Below are positions 24,929 through 25,025 of a stretch of DNA of 25,025 nucleotides, one piece after another. The stretch comes from a virus (lineage: Duplodnaviria > Caudoviricetes): the IMG/VR virus record IMGVR_UViG_3300037470_000393, positions 1-25,025 of that record. The stretch is one strand, 5' to 3'. A model generated the notes under the pieces. The model was given only the letters and a program-made list of their open reading frames with translations, made no database searches and was not told where the DNA came from. A program made the translations under genes and the position numbers. How positions within the stretch are numbered: position 1 is the stretch's first letter; each line of letters opens with the position of its first letter.

Positions 24929-25025
24929 AATCATGCCGATAACGCTCAGGGAGGCTTGCTTGTACGTTGAGCGGCACCACCGCCATCACAAGGCGCCGCG
25001 GGGCGGACTGTTCGCGATTTCGGTC
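24918..25025 (+). CDS. Partial XF1762-family (Mom-like) protein, runs off the window
   Basis: TTG-initiated LKLEIMPITLREACLYVERHHRHHKAPRGGLFAISV matches the PI.L.EA..FV..HHRHH N-terminus as I recall it; only 36 codons visible. Confidence 0.65.
   Translation, partial: MKLEIMPITLREACLYVERHHRHHKAPRGGLFAISV

Overview
Early/replication region of a bacteriophage or prophage, with no structural genes in view. There are four translationally coupled blocks around two divergent promoter regions. (1) Leftward: Cro-like HTH, replication initiator with iteron-like repeats, and two tandem loader-like genes. (2) Rightward: MoxR/RavA-type AAA ATPase, vWA protein, a third partner, a secreted Gly/Gln-rich protein, a NUMOD4 remnant and an HTH protein. 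(3) Long leftward accessory block: Sm-like protein, two Ser-X repeat peptides, HTH, ASCH-like, NADAR, DEDDh exonuclease, C5 methyltransferase, UDG, HNH-like and a helicase-methyltransferase fusion. (4) Rightward recombination block: PD-(D/E)XK nuclease, Bet, SMC-like ATPase, Gp37/Gp68 and small ORFs. Most notable: a 916-bp transposase-less element (13809-14724; perfect 26-bp terminal inverted repeats, 8-bp target duplication) that carries only a cytosine methyltransferase-like gene and splits a phage gene. A third copy of the repeat core at 24899 leads directly into a probable Mom-like (XF1762) gene. A canonical parS palindrome sits inside the cro promoter/operator. Two paralogous (Ser-Arg/Trp/Gly)n micro-ORFs are coupled to an Sm-like gene. 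Family names come from motif recognition and need HMM confirmation.
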